NCBI GenBank assembly: GCA_964639885.1
Contig: CAZXEH010000005.1
Span: forward strand, 16,278 to 80,277
Reading direction: 5' to 3'
DNA: 64,000 nucleotides
From: an uncultured Caldisericales bacterium
GTDB lineage: Bacteria > Caldisericota > Caldisericia > JAAYUI01
The position numbers and the translations under genes were made by a program. The first letter of the stretch is position 1, and every line of letters begins with the position of its first letter. Below are positions 18,730 to 28,793 of this stretch, piece after piece. Below the pieces are notes generated by a model, which had not been told where the DNA came from, did no database searches, and saw only the letters and a list, made by a program, of their open reading frames with translations.

Positions 18730-19416
18730 ATGGTCAGAGTGACCTATCTGGGGCACAGCTGTATCCTGATCCAGAGCAATGGAACCCAGGTGCTGGTTGA
18801 CCCCTTCATCGAAGGCAATCCGGCAGCAGCACCGCTGCCAAAGAACTTTTCACCAAAACTCATCCTGGTTACCCACGCACACCACGATCATCTTGGCGAC
18901 ACCGTCAAACTTGCAAAGAAATTCAAGTGCAAAGTGCTTGTGACCACTGAATTTGCAAAGTGGCTTGCCAATGAAGGCGTTGAAGCTATCTCCGCCCATA
19001 TCGGTGGCAAAATACCGTTCGACTTCGGGTGGGTCAAACTCTGGCCGGCAATGCACACATCGACTGCACCGGACAGCACAAGTCTTGGCATCGCTGCAAG
19101 TTTTGTGGTCTCCATAGGCGGCAAGTGCATCTATCACGCCGGAGACACGGCTCTGACAAGCGACATGGCTCTGATTGGCGACGACAAATCCATTGACCTG
19201 GCGTGTGTCCCAATCGGTGGTCAGTTCACAATGGGCATAGATGACGCAGTCAAGGCATTGTCAATGCTGAAGCCAAAAGTGGTCGTCCCCATTCACTATA
19301 ACACCTGGGACATCATAAAGGTTGACCCCGAGGAGTTTGCCAGCAAGGTTGACAAGGCTGACGTGCGAACAAAAGCCGTAATCCTGACTCCTGGCGAACA
19401 GCTTGAATTGCCCTGA
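18730..19416 (+). CDS. UPF0173 metal-dependent hydrolase (metallo-beta-lactamase fold)
   Basis: MVRVTYLGHSCILI...VTHAHHDHLGD motif, 228 aa. Confidence 0.7.
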   Translation: MVRVTYLGHSCILIQSNGTQVLVDPFIEGNPAAAPLPKNFSPKLILVTHAHHDHLGDTVKLAKKFKCKVLVTTEFAKWLANEGVEAISAHIGGKIPFDFGWVKLWPAMHTSTAPDSTSLGIAASFVVSIGGKCIYHAGDTALTSDMALIGDDKSIDLACVPIGGQFTMGIDDAVKALSMLKPKVVVPIHYNTWDIIKVDPEEFASKVDKADVRTKAVILTPGEQLELP

Positions 19417-19435
19417 CTTTTTCACGGAACCGACA

Positions 19436-19465
19436 AAACCCGATGCTTCAAGCATCGGGTTTTTC
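19436..19465 (+). terminator. Rho-independent terminator
   Basis: Perfect palindrome cccgatgcttcaagcatcggg followed by ttttt, directly after the UPF0173 gene. Confidence 0.6.
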
Positions 19466-19561
19466 ATTTTCCGGCCATTTCAACCATATTGGCCTAATAC
19501 CCATATTTAATGTTTGAACGGATGACATTGACATAAAATTTTTTGATTGGAGGTTTTGTAA

Positions 19562-22500
19562 ATGAAAAAACTTGCTTTGCTGATCGCCCTGTGCCTGAGC
19601 TGGCCAACATTGTCGCACGCAGCTGACATTGTTGACATCAGCCTTTCAAACCCGGGAACCGACAAAACAACCTCAGTTAACATCGTCTTCCCGAAAGGAA
19701 CAGCCTGGGATGCCGGCGATATCGTCACGGTCACATTTGATGCGACCGAATCGGCAAAGATTGACAAACCTCTTCCGGATTGCGGGTATTCGCCCGACCT
19801 CAATCGCAGATTCAATCCTGGACCGGATTTCTGGGTAAAGTGCAAGGACAATCCGTTTGAAGGCAAGTTTGCAAAAATGTACACGGCAACCATTGGAGAC
19901 ACGGTGTCCATTGACTGGTCAAAAGACCTCGCGCAGTCGTGGATTCCAGGCTTCCTCATGCCTCTCATCCCGGGGAACCAGGAAGCTGCCGCTGAAAAGA
20001 TCGAGAATCTTTTCAAATCGGTTGCAGTCAACGGGGTTCCGTGTAAACCGGAAAAGGGATGTCAAATAGTTTCGACGGCCAACGAAAGAAAAATATCCTT
20101 CCCACTCCCTGAACAGGTGGCCATGATGAAGGATCTCACAATATCAATACCGACATTCTTTGGAATCGTGTGCCCGATGGGCAGTGGCAGCTATTCAGTC
20201 AAGATCGAATCAAGGGTTTCCAATTCAGCAAAAGTAGAAGTGGTCGAACCGATGGTTGCCAATCCATCGCTTGAAATCAACCCAAAGTTCCCGGGCGAAA
20301 AAGCAACATGGAACTTCAGCTTTCAGCTTAGCAAAGCAGGAAAACTGGAACTTGGATCGATAATCGTCCTAAGGCTGCCGGTGGGGTTTGCAAAGCTTCA
20401 GTCGACCTATCCAGGCTTTTTCATTGAGATGAATGGGCTGCTCATCGACAAAAACGCAATAAGGATCGGGCAGGGCGAGAGCTTTGACCAGATATTGATC
20501 CCATGCACAGGCGGAATGGATGCCGGAACACCGGTCAATATTGATCTTAGTGTCAAAAACCCTGGTGAAGGCAACGTTATGTGCTATGTCTACACCACCA
20601 CGGACTCAACTCCTGCAACATTTGGCCCTGAAAAAATCGAGTTTTCCCAAGTTACGACCGCAAGCGAGACGACAGCCGGATTACCGGCATCAATTGCAAC
20701 GAGGTTCAAATCCAAAGGGCACAAGGCAGGCGACAATCTTCTAGCCATTCTGCCATCAGAAATCAACAAGGGCTGCAGAATAACCTTCAACGGACAGGCG
20801 ATTGTCAATCCAACAATGGGTCTCAAAAACGTCCAGTTCGAACTCCCAACCGATCTTGAAGTTGGCGCTTTCTGTCTCCTCCAGTTCTCAGACGTCCTCA
20901 ACCCACTGGAAAGCTCGGTGATCAAAGTATCGATTACGAACTCGAGCTTCGAGATTCCATGGAACGTCACACCCTACCAATCAAGACTCTCTGTTGCAAC
21001 CATACCGCCGGTTGCAAACAAGCCTTGCGCCTACACCTTCCACATCACACCACCACCTGACCTGCTCGATGTCGAAAGAAAGCAGATCACAATCGTTGGC
21101 CCCTGGAACAGAATCCTCAGGCCTCAGGAACCAATGTTCCCGATCATGTCTGGCTCGACCAAAGGCACTGGTGAGTTCGATTCGGCAAATAACCTTGTTG
21201 TTATAAAGCTTGAAGAGGAATTCCCCAATATGAAGCCAATCACAATCGAGATTCCATCATCGGCTGGTTTTGGCTCTCCTGACCAGACTTCAGACTTCAC
21301 AGTCAAAATCTCAAGCACTGAGCTTAAGGCAACCTGTAAGGTGATGCCTGCTCCTCCAGCATATACTTACACAATCAGGACAAAATCCGGTATAGACATT
21401 TCGGAAATCGAAGGCGGATGGTCTAATGAACCAGTGGTAGTAAATATCATTTCATCGTCAGGCAAGTCGGACATCACTGTTTTTGGGCTTGGAGAATCAA
21501 TCAAATCAATGAAGAGCGACCTAACATTAACCATCGACAAAACCATGATCACAGACGAACTGCCGGTATCGGTCAGCGATGTAGGCGGAACAACACGCTT
21601 CACCCTCCCCCAGATTAAGGTCGACCTGGATGAACTGAAACTCAGCCTCACAAACCCGTTTGAAAAAACCGGCGTTTCGCCAACCACAAACCTCATCATA
21701 GGCGTTGAGACCAATAGGAAGATCATCCAGACCGGCAAGGAATTCATGGTTGTCGAACCGGAGATTGACGTATTGCTCAACGATCTTCCGGAGTCATCCA
21801 CAAAACTGAACTCAAGGATTGAAAACACCAGACCGGATGCAAAACTGAGTTTTGACCTTCAGGTTGCTCTGAAATACCAGGTCAATTCAGTGAAAGTAAT
21901 TGTCACCGACCAGACCGGGCGCTCTGTCTCATCTTCTTTCTCCGTAAAGCTCGACGTCAAAACTGTCACCCTCGAATTTGATACAAAACTGGGGCAGGTC
22001 GTCGAACCCGGAAACAATAGAGAAATTCAATTCAAAACTGACCCCGAGACCACAGTCTACATCGGCGAGAAAACCTACAAGGCTGACATGGCCGGCAAGG
22101 TGAAGGCAAAGCTCGACATTACTCCTGGCTACAATGTGTTTTTCACCCAGCTCATCTCGAAAGAAAACGTCAGCTATGAATACCAGGTCTTCATCTTCGG
22201 CAAGAGAACGATAAGGATGAAATCGGAACAGAAGTTTGTCTTCGTTGACGGAAACAGGGTTGACATCAAGGTTCCCCCAACCACCATCACCTACAAGTTC
22301 CAGGCAGGCAAGGATAAAGTCATTCAGGTTCCGGTTGCTTACGCGCCTCTCCGTGTGCTGGCCGAAAACCTGTTTGCAACAGTTGCTTATGATGCAGCAA
22401 CAAAACAGATTACAATCGTCCAGAAGAGACCGGATAGAGACAGAAAGCTGATTTTCACTGTCGATAGTCCTGTTGCCCTTGTCGATGGTCAGCCATATCC

Positions 22501-22687
22501 GATAAACAACGAGTACAACATCCCTGCAATCAACAAGAACGGATCAGTGATGATCCCGACAAGGTTTGCAGCAACATATCTCGGTGCCAAGGTTGGCTTT
22601 GACAACACGACCAAGGAAATCCTCATCGACTGGCCGGATCCCAACGAACCTGCAGCTCCAAAACAAGGTACAACCAAGAATCCGTGA
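19562..22687 (+). CDS. Large secreted cell-surface protein (1041 aa) with two C-terminal copper-amine-oxidase N-terminal-like (CAO-N) domains
   Basis: Signal peptide MKKLALLIALCLSWPTLSHA. Long beta-rich, Ig-like body. The C-terminus has two tandem repeats with V-x-V-A-Y-A-P-L-R-V and I-P-T-R-F-A-A-T-Y-L-G-A-K-V motifs matching the V-P-L-R-F-[VI]-S-E consensus of the other surface proteins here. Confidence 0.65.
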   Translation: MKKLALLIALCLSWPTLSHAADIVDISLSNPGTDKTTSVNIVFPKGTAWDAGDIVTVTFDATESAKIDKPLPDCGYSPDLNRRFNPGPDFWVKCKDNPFEGKFAKMYTATIGDTVSIDWSKDLAQSWIPGFLMPLIPGNQEAAAEKIENLFKSVAVNGVPCKPEKGCQIVSTANERKISFPLPEQVAMMKDLTISIPTFFGIVCPMGSGSYSVKIESRVSNSAKVEVVEPMVANPSLEINPKFPGEKATWNFSFQLSKAGKLELGSIIVLRLPVGFAKLQSTYPGFFIEMNGLLIDKNAIRIGQGESFDQILIPCTGGMDAGTPVNIDLSVKNPGEGNVMCYVYTTTDSTPATFGPEKIEFSQVTTASETTAGLPASIATRFKSKGHKAGDNLLAILPSEINKGCRITFNGQAIVNPTMGLKNVQFELPTDLEVGAFCLLQFSDVLNPLESSVIKVSITNSSFEIPWNVTPYQSRLSVATIPPVANKPCAYTFHITPPPDLLDVERKQITIVGPWNRILRPQEPMFPIMSGSTKGTGEFDSANNLVVIKLEEEFPNMKPITIEIPSSAGFGSPDQTSDFTVKISSTELKATCKVMPAPPAYTYTIRTKSGIDISEIEGGWSNEPVVVNIISSSGKSDITVFGLGESIKSMKSDLTLTIDKTMITDELPVSVSDVGGTTRFTLPQIKVDLDELKLSLTNPFEKTGVSPTTNLIIGVETNRKIIQTGKEFMVVEPEIDVLLNDLPESSTKLNSRIENTRPDAKLSFDLQVALKYQVNSVKVIVTDQTGRSVSSSFSVKLDVKTVTLEFDTKLGQVVEPGNNREIQFKTDPETTVYIGEKTYKADMAGKVKAKLDITPGYNVFFTQLISKENVSYEYQVFIFGKRTIRMKSEQKFVFVDGNRVDIKVPPTTITYKFQAGKDKVIQVPVAYAPLRVLAENLFATVAYDAATKQITIVQKRPDRDRKLIFTVDSPVALVDGQPYPINNEYNIPAINKNGSVMIPTRFAATYLGAKVGFDNTTKEILIDWPDPNEPAAPKQGTTKNP

Positions 22688-22729
22688 GAATGTTTACAAA
22701 AATGCAATTGTGGAAATAATAGCAGACAG

Positions 22730-24286
22730 ATGACACATGACTACGAACTTGACAGTTTCCTGTCGATAATCCCGGACGGCATCAGGCAGAAGCTCATTGA
22801 CCGCGATGCCTTTGAAGATCTTTACGAGGTGGTCATCGACCTTGGGCGCCCACCCGAGGCTCGATACAAGAATGAGACAGTTTTCCTCTCTGAAAACCCC
22901 GTAACCTTCTTCGACATTGAATCAATTGTCACCCGAATTGGCGAATTCGACAGGGACAACCGTTCAGGCATTGAACGCACCCTCCACCGAATCTCCGCCA
23001 TCCTCAACAGGGGCGGAAGGGTTGTTGGACTCACTCTCCGCTACGGTCGCGCAATCCAGGGAGTTATAAGCGTCATAAAGGATTTCTTTGAATCAGGCAA
23101 ATCAGTTCTGCTGGTTGGCAGACCCGGTGTCGGCAAAACAACAATCATGCGTGAAGCAGCGAGGGTTTTGTCAACAGAACTGAACAAACGCGTGATCATC
23201 GTTGACACCAGCAACGAAATCGCAGGAGACGGCGACATCCCGCACCCTGGTATCGGAAGAGCAAGAAGGATGCAGGTTCCAAAGCATGTCGAACAGCACA
23301 CGGTCATGATTCAGGCTGTCGAAAACCACATGCCAGAAGTCATCGTCATCGACGAGATCGGAACCGAGGAAGAGGCGCAGGCTTGCAGGACAATCGCAGA
23401 ACGTGGAGTCCAGCTCGTTGGAACCGCCCACGGAAACAGCATCTCAAACCTCCTGATGAACCCAACGCTTTCCGACCTTCTCGGAGGAATAAATTCAGTA
23501 GTGCTCAGCGATGAAGAGGCTTACAGGCGCGGAACCCAGAAGACCGTGCTCGAACGAACACAACCACCAACCTTCGATGTGCTCATTGAGATAAGGGAAC
23601 GTGGCAAATTCGCAATCTATCCTGACATCGCCGAGTCCGTCGACCGCTACCTCAGGGACACAACTCTCAAACCTGAGATCAGAACCCAGAAAGACGACGG
23701 CACCTACGAAACAAGGATCGAAGAGTACAAAACTACTCACGACAGCTACGAGGAAGTCTTCCTGGCCCACGAGCCCAAGGAGTCACCGAAAGACCGTTAC
23801 CAGCAGGACGCTGTCGACATCTTCCCGTTTGGAATCTCGAGGGACTACATCGAACGTGCCGCCAGATCACTCAGGGTATCGGTCAACATCTCAAGAAGGC
23901 TGTCCGAATCAGACCTTGTACTCACAACCCTCAATTACGAGCAGAAGAGACCGCAGGCACTCCTTGAGGCAAAAACGCTTGAAATTCCAATCTACGCCAT
24001 TGCCCAGAACTCACTGTCGCAGGTCAAGCGCTTCATCAGGGGCATCCAGTCAAATTCTCCCGACCAGGCTGAAGTCCAGGTCATTTTAAATAACGCAATA
24101 GAAACGGTGCTTCGGGAAAACCAAACGGTCAGACTCCCTCCGGCACCGCCAAAAGTAAGGCGATTCCAGCACAAGACAGCTGAAAGGTTTGGTCTTGTGA
24201 CATCGAGCATAGGCGAGGAGCCAAACCGCTCCGTGGTCATCCACCCGCCAAAATTCCAGGAGGTTACAGAAGATGAGAATCAGTAA
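22730..24286 (+). CDS. SpoIIIAA-like AAA ATPase with C-terminal R3H domain (Ycf45-like family)
   Basis: Walker A GRPGVGKTT and Walker B VIVIDEIGT. C-terminal RRFQHKTAERFGLVTSSIGEEPNRSVVI matches the R3H single-stranded nucleic-acid-binding motif. Confidence 0.6.
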   Translation: MTHDYELDSFLSIIPDGIRQKLIDRDAFEDLYEVVIDLGRPPEARYKNETVFLSENPVTFFDIESIVTRIGEFDRDNRSGIERTLHRISAILNRGGRVVGLTLRYGRAIQGVISVIKDFFESGKSVLLVGRPGVGKTTIMREAARVLSTELNKRVIIVDTSNEIAGDGDIPHPGIGRARRMQVPKHVEQHTVMIQAVENHMPEVIVIDEIGTEEEAQACRTIAERGVQLVGTAHGNSISNLLMNPTLSDLLGGINSVVLSDEEAYRRGTQKTVLERTQPPTFDVLIEIRERGKFAIYPDIAESVDRYLRDTTLKPEIRTQKDDGTYETRIEEYKTTHDSYEEVFLAHEPKESPKDRYQQDAVDIFPFGISRDYIERAARSLRVSVNISRRLSESDLVLTTLNYEQKRPQALLEAKTLEIPIYAIAQNSLSQVKRFIRGIQSNSPDQAEVQVILNNAIETVLRENQTVRLPPAPPKVRRFQHKTAERFGLVTSSIGEEPNRSVVIHPPKFQEVTEDENQ

Positions 24287-25979
24287 GTATCTTGCACCCA
24301 CGCTCAGGGAAGACCCGGTCGAAGCAGAAGCCCCAAGCCACAAGCTCATGCTCAGGGCAGGCTACATCAGAAAGCTAGCCGCAGGCATGTACACCATGCT
24401 CCCACTCGGTCTGAGGGTGCAGGAAAAGATCAAAAGGATAGTCAGGGAGGAGATGGACAGGATCGGTTGCCAGGAAGTCGTTTTCCCGGTCATCCTCCCG
24501 TCAGAGCCGTGGATGGAGTCAGGCAGATGGTTCCAGTACGGCGACGAGATGTTCAGGCTCAAGGATCGCAAGGGACGCGATTTCTGCCTTGGTCCGACAC
24601 ACGAAGAGATCGTCACCTACCACATGAAAAATGAAGTCAAATCCTACCGCCAGCTCCCGATGATGATCTACCAGATCCAGCTCAAATACAGGGACGAAAC
24701 CAGACCAAGATACGGCGTCATCCGTGCCAGGGAATTCCTCATGAAGGACATGTACAGCTTCGACAAGGACGAGGAGATGCTCAACACATCCTACAAACTC
24801 GCCTTCGGAGCCTACTGCAGAATCCTTGAGAGACTCTCGGTTGATTACGTTCCGGTTGAAGCAGATACAGGTCTGATTGGTGGTTCAAGCTCGCACGAAT
24901 TCGTTGTTGACGCTGAAAACGGCGAGTGCAGGTATGCAAAGTGCCCGAAGTGCGGCTATGCAGCAAACGTCGAAGTGGCCAAAGCTGGAAAGAGAAATCT
25001 TCCAACAGGCGCCGATTCAGAGATGAAACTGGTCGACACACCAAACCAGAAAACAATCGAAGAAGTGGCTGCATTCCTGAAACTTCCGGCTCATCAGCTC
25101 ATCAAGTCGATGATCTACAAGGCCGATGACCGTTTCGTCATGGTTTGCGTCAGAGGCGACGACGAGATTGCAGAACCCAAGCTCCAAAAGGCTCTTGGTG
25201 CCAAGAATGTAGAGATGGCATCACCGGAAGACACCGAGAAAGTTACCGGCACAGTCGTCGGTTTTGCAGGCCCGGTTGGCTTCAACGGTTTTATCCTTGC
25301 AGACTCTGAACTGCTTGGAACAAAGGACATGGTCTGTGGTGGACTGTCCAAGGACAAGCACTACACTGGCGTTTCACACGAGCGTGACTGGAAGCAGTCG
25401 GCATACGGGGACGTAAGGGAAGTCAAATCAGGCGACCCATGCCCCAAGTGCAACGAGACCATGACAGTGAAAACCGGTCTTGAAGTGGGTCACTGCTTCA
25501 GGCTCGGAACAAAGTATTCAGCAGCAATGAACGCCACCTTCCTCGACGAGGAGGGCAAGGAGAAGCCCTTTATCATGGGTTGCTACGGATTCGGCGTTTC
25601 AAGGGCGATAGCATCCATCATCGAACAGCACAACGATGATGACGGCATTTGCTGGCCGACTCAGATCGCCCCCTTTACGGCCATTGTCATTCCGACAAAC
25701 GTCACCGACCAGACAGTATCGGAAAATGCCGAAAGGATCTATAAAGACCTGCTTGACGCAGGCATCGAGACTTTGATCGACGACCGGGACGACAGACCGG
25801 GTGTAAAGTTCAAAGATGCCGATTTGATGGGATTTCCGCTCAAGATAACCGTGGGAAAGAAGATCACGGAAGGATTGGTCGAGATTAAGACCAGAAGAAC
25901 GAAAGAGATGTCGCTTGTGCCAGTCGGCGACGTGGTCGGATTTGTCAGGAACTTCCTGGCTGCTGAGATGGCAAAATAA
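24273..25979 (+). CDS. proS: Prolyl-tRNA synthetase (bacterial type with editing domain)
   Basis: N-terminal MRISKYLAPTLREDP...HKLMLRAGYIRKLAAGMYTMLPLG is canonical ProRS. 568 aa with class II motifs and an insertion domain. Confidence 0.9.
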   Translation: MRISKYLAPTLREDPVEAEAPSHKLMLRAGYIRKLAAGMYTMLPLGLRVQEKIKRIVREEMDRIGCQEVVFPVILPSEPWMESGRWFQYGDEMFRLKDRKGRDFCLGPTHEEIVTYHMKNEVKSYRQLPMMIYQIQLKYRDETRPRYGVIRAREFLMKDMYSFDKDEEMLNTSYKLAFGAYCRILERLSVDYVPVEADTGLIGGSSSHEFVVDAENGECRYAKCPKCGYAANVEVAKAGKRNLPTGADSEMKLVDTPNQKTIEEVAAFLKLPAHQLIKSMIYKADDRFVMVCVRGDDEIAEPKLQKALGAKNVEMASPEDTEKVTGTVVGFAGPVGFNGFILADSELLGTKDMVCGGLSKDKHYTGVSHERDWKQSAYGDVREVKSGDPCPKCNETMTVKTGLEVGHCFRLGTKYSAAMNATFLDEEGKEKPFIMGCYGFGVSRAIASIIEQHNDDDGICWPTQIAPFTAIVIPTNVTDQTVSENAERIYKDLLDAGIETLIDDRDDRPGVKFKDADLMGFPLKITVGKKITEGLVEIKTRRTKEMSLVPVGDVVGFVRNFLAAEMAK

Positions 25980-26071
25980 AAGGGCTTTCAAGGGAAAGCT
26001 CAAAGAAAGAGGACAGGCACATGGATGCCTGCAACGCCCCATTGAAAATAAATGCAGGGCAGAGGAGAAAA

Positions 26072-27274
26072 ATGAAAACAACGGCAATCATGCCGGCCTA
26101 CAACGAAGAAGTGGGCATAGCGGAAGTCATCAAGGCGGTCAAGGCTGCAAAACTTGTTGACGAAATCATCGTCGTCTCGGACGGCTCAACAGACAAGACT
26201 GTTGAAATAGCCAAGACTTTTGACGGCGTAAATGTTATCGAGCAGAACCCGAACAAGGGCAAGGCTGCCGCGATGCACCTTGGTGTCTCAAACACAGACG
26301 CCGACGTGCTCCTTTTCATCGACTGCGACCTGATCAGCCTCACACCGGAAATGGTTGACGGACTGGTGAAGCCAATTCTTGACGATGTTGCTGATGTCAC
26401 AATGGGCATCTTCCAGGGTGGAAAGTTCTCCACCGACTGGGCGCAGAAAACCTTCCCGTTCCTCACAGGCCAGAGAGGCATGAAGAAATCCGTCTGGGAC
26501 GGCGCTGACATCGACGTCAAGAGCGGTTACGCAGTTGAAGTCCACCTTACCAAGTACATGGCCAAGGAAAATCTCAGGGTTGAAAACGTAATCCTTGCCG
26601 GTTGCTCACAGTACCTCAAGGAACAGAAGACCAAGGGCAAGGTGCTTGAAGGCTTCGGCAGAAGGCTCAAGATGACCTGGGAAATCGCAAAAGCACTTTT
26701 TATGCCGGACTTCGACGACATAGCCGAGATCTTCGCACCAAAGAGAAGGAGTGAAGATTCAGGCTCAGGCGAGGACAGGGAAAGAAGACCGCGCTACAAT
26801 CGCGACCGTGATGGTGGCGGAGACCGTTTCAGAAAGCCGAGAGGCAATTTCGACAGGAAACCGTGGGTTGCCGATGGCGAATTCAACAAGTCATGGCGCG
26901 ACAAACGTGATGATGAAAGACGCGAAAGAAGACCCAGAAGGGATGACGCCGAAGGTTCAACTCCATCTGAAGGCGGAGAAGGCGGAGAAGAGAGAAGACC
27001 AGCAAGACGCGAGGGTTTCTTCCCAAGGCGTGACGACTCGGGTGAAGGTTTCAGAAGAGGCCCAGGCAGACCAAGGAAGAACTTTGGCGACAGCGAAGGC
27101 GGAGACAGACCACCAAGAAGAGAAGGCGGATTCTTCAAGAGCCGTGATGGCGGAGACCGCAAGCCGTTCTTTGGCAACCGCGACGGTGGCGAGCGCAGGG
27201 GTCCAGGCAGACCGAGAAAATACGGCGACGACAGACCTTTTGGCGACAGACCACCAAGAAGACCAAGAGACTAA
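26072..27274 (+). CDS. Family 2 glycosyltransferase fused to a roughly 180-aa Arg/Asp/Gly/Glu-rich low-complexity C-terminal tail
   Basis: Start set to the ATG at 26072 (AGAGGAG RBS), giving MKTTAIMPAYNEE. The GT-A fold has a DxD-type motif (FIDCDL). From about residue 223 the sequence turns into repeated RD, RG and FG units including two RGPGRPRK repeats. Confidence 0.75.
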   Translation: MKTTAIMPAYNEEVGIAEVIKAVKAAKLVDEIIVVSDGSTDKTVEIAKTFDGVNVIEQNPNKGKAAAMHLGVSNTDADVLLFIDCDLISLTPEMVDGLVKPILDDVADVTMGIFQGGKFSTDWAQKTFPFLTGQRGMKKSVWDGADIDVKSGYAVEVHLTKYMAKENLRVENVILAGCSQYLKEQKTKGKVLEGFGRRLKMTWEIAKALFMPDFDDIAEIFAPKRRSEDSGSGEDRERRPRYNRDRDGGGDRFRKPRGNFDRKPWVADGEFNKSWRDKRDDERRERRPRRDDAEGSTPSEGGEGGEERRPARREGFFPRRDDSGEGFRRGPGRPRKNFGDSEGGDRPPRREGGFFKSRDGGDRKPFFGNRDGGERRGPGRPRKYGDDRPFGDRPPRRPRD

Positions 27275-27290
27275 CAAAACTTTAAACACT

Positions 27291-27330
27291 TACAGCCGGT
27301 TGGTTTAACCTGACCGGCTAGAATGTTTTT
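27291..27330 (+). terminator. Candidate intrinsic terminator after the GT2 gene
   Basis: Stem agccggt/accggct with a long loop, then agaatgttttt. Non-canonical spacing, so weak. Confidence 0.3.
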
Positions 27331-27360
27331 CCGGTAAAAGAAAGTCAAGGAGACAAGGCA

Positions 27361-28728
27361 ATGAGGATTGGAATTATTGGAGCAGGATCAGGCGGATATG
27401 TTGCAGCTTTGAGGGCGGCACAGCTTGGAGCATCGGTCACACTTTTCGAGGAAAAGTGGATCGGCGGAACCTGTCTTAATGTGGGTTGCATCCCGACCAA
27501 AGCCCTCATTGCCGGACTCCACAACGCAAGGATCGCAAAAGAATCGAGCGTTCTCGGCGTTGAGATAGACAACATCAGGGTTAATCTCGCAACTCTCCAG
27601 AAGCACAAATCAACCGTCGTTTCCCAGAATGTCAAGGGAATCGAGTATCTGCTTAACAAACGCGGTGTGAAGGTTGTCGCCGAACGAGGAAAGCTCATGC
27701 CGGGCAAAAAGATCGCCACGGCCACAGAAGAGTTCGAATTTGACAAGATCATCATAGCAACTGGCTCAAAGGTGGCCTGCATCCCGGGCATCAAAATCGA
27801 CGGCGAATACATCATGTCATCAGACGAAATCCTGAATGTCACAAACCCTCCAAAAACCATGCTCATCGTTGGCGGCGGCGTAATCGGTCTCGAATTCGCT
27901 GGCATAATGAGCGAACTTGGCACCAAGGTGACCGTTGTTGAGCTTCTGGACAGGCTTCTTCCGCAGGACGACACCGAATGCTCAAGAGCAGCCCAGAAAT
28001 TCGTCTCAAAGCACGACATAGAAACCATGACCCAGACAAAGCTCACCTCTCTTTTCCGCGACGGAACCGATGTCGAGGCAACGTTTGAACACGGTGCAGA
28101 CAAGGAAATCAGAAGGTTTGCAAAAGCCCTCATGGCTGTCGGACGCTCGCCAAACCTTGACGAAAACGCGCTTGCAATGAGCGGGGTCAATTTCGACCGC
28201 AGAGGCATCAAAGTCGACCAGTTCATGCAAACAAACGTCGAAGGCATCTATGCAATCGGCGACTGCACCGGTGGCTACATGCTGGCCCACGTTGCATACG
28301 CCCACGCAAAAGTCGCTGTCTGCCACGCTCTCGGCGTTGAAGACTGCCTTCCGATGAACTACGACGCAATTCCAAGGGTCACTTTCATCGATCCAGAAAT
28401 TGCAGCCGTCGGCCCCACCGACATCCAGCTTGAAGAAAAGGGAATAAACGTGACCTGGTCAAAGTTCTCCTACATGGCTTCCGGTCGTGCCAAAGCCCAG
28501 GGGATAAAAGACGGATACTTCAAGATCGGCGTTGATGACGAAGGAATCATCCATTCAGCCATCATCATCGGTGAAGGCGCCGGAGAAATGATCGCTTTCT
28601 TCTCCCAGGCGATCACGTTCCAGACTTCGGTTTACGACCTTGAGGAAGTCATCATCGCCCACCCGACCATGTCAGAGATGTGCATCGAGGTCGTCGAAAC
28701 CGCTGCCGGCCATCCGTTGCACAGCTAG
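27361..28728 (+). CDS. lpdA: Dihydrolipoyl dehydrogenase (E3 component)
   Basis: FAD-binding GAGSGGYVAA, redox-active disulfide GGTCLNVGCIPTK, and a C-terminal dimerisation domain carrying His-Pro. Confidence 0.85.
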   Translation: MRIGIIGAGSGGYVAALRAAQLGASVTLFEEKWIGGTCLNVGCIPTKALIAGLHNARIAKESSVLGVEIDNIRVNLATLQKHKSTVVSQNVKGIEYLLNKRGVKVVAERGKLMPGKKIATATEEFEFDKIIIATGSKVACIPGIKIDGEYIMSSDEILNVTNPPKTMLIVGGGVIGLEFAGIMSELGTKVTVVELLDRLLPQDDTECSRAAQKFVSKHDIETMTQTKLTSLFRDGTDVEATFEHGADKEIRRFAKALMAVGRSPNLDENALAMSGVNFDRRGIKVDQFMQTNVEGIYAIGDCTGGYMLAHVAYAHAKVAVCHALGVEDCLPMNYDAIPRVTFIDPEIAAVGPTDIQLEEKGINVTWSKFSYMASGRAKAQGIKDGYFKIGVDDEGIIHSAIIIGEGAGEMIAFFSQAITFQTSVYDLEEVIIAHPTMSEMCIEVVETAAGHPLHS

Positions 28729-28746
28729 CCTCGGTTTCTTGTCCGC

Positions 28747-28775
28747 TTGACATTTGCAACGTTTGGGGATAACAT
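28747..28775 (+). promoter_or_regulatory. Candidate sigma70-type promoter (TTGACA-17-TAACAT)
   Basis: Sequence read directly. Lies 18 nt upstream of the GGAGG RBS and ATG at 28794. Confidence 0.35.
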
Positions 28776-28793
28776 CCGACTGTGGAGGTTTCC

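Noticed and set aside
19507-20031. 174-aa minus-strand ORF overlapping the start of the 1041-aa surface protein gene
   Set aside because: It is antisense to a gene with a clear signal peptide and RBS. It also covers the promoter region.
27345-28247. 300-aa minus-strand ORF inside lpdA, and the 26794..27289 minus ORFs inside the GT2 tail
   Set aside because: They overlap strongly conserved plus-strand genes and arise from open frames or low-complexity sequence, so they are spurious.
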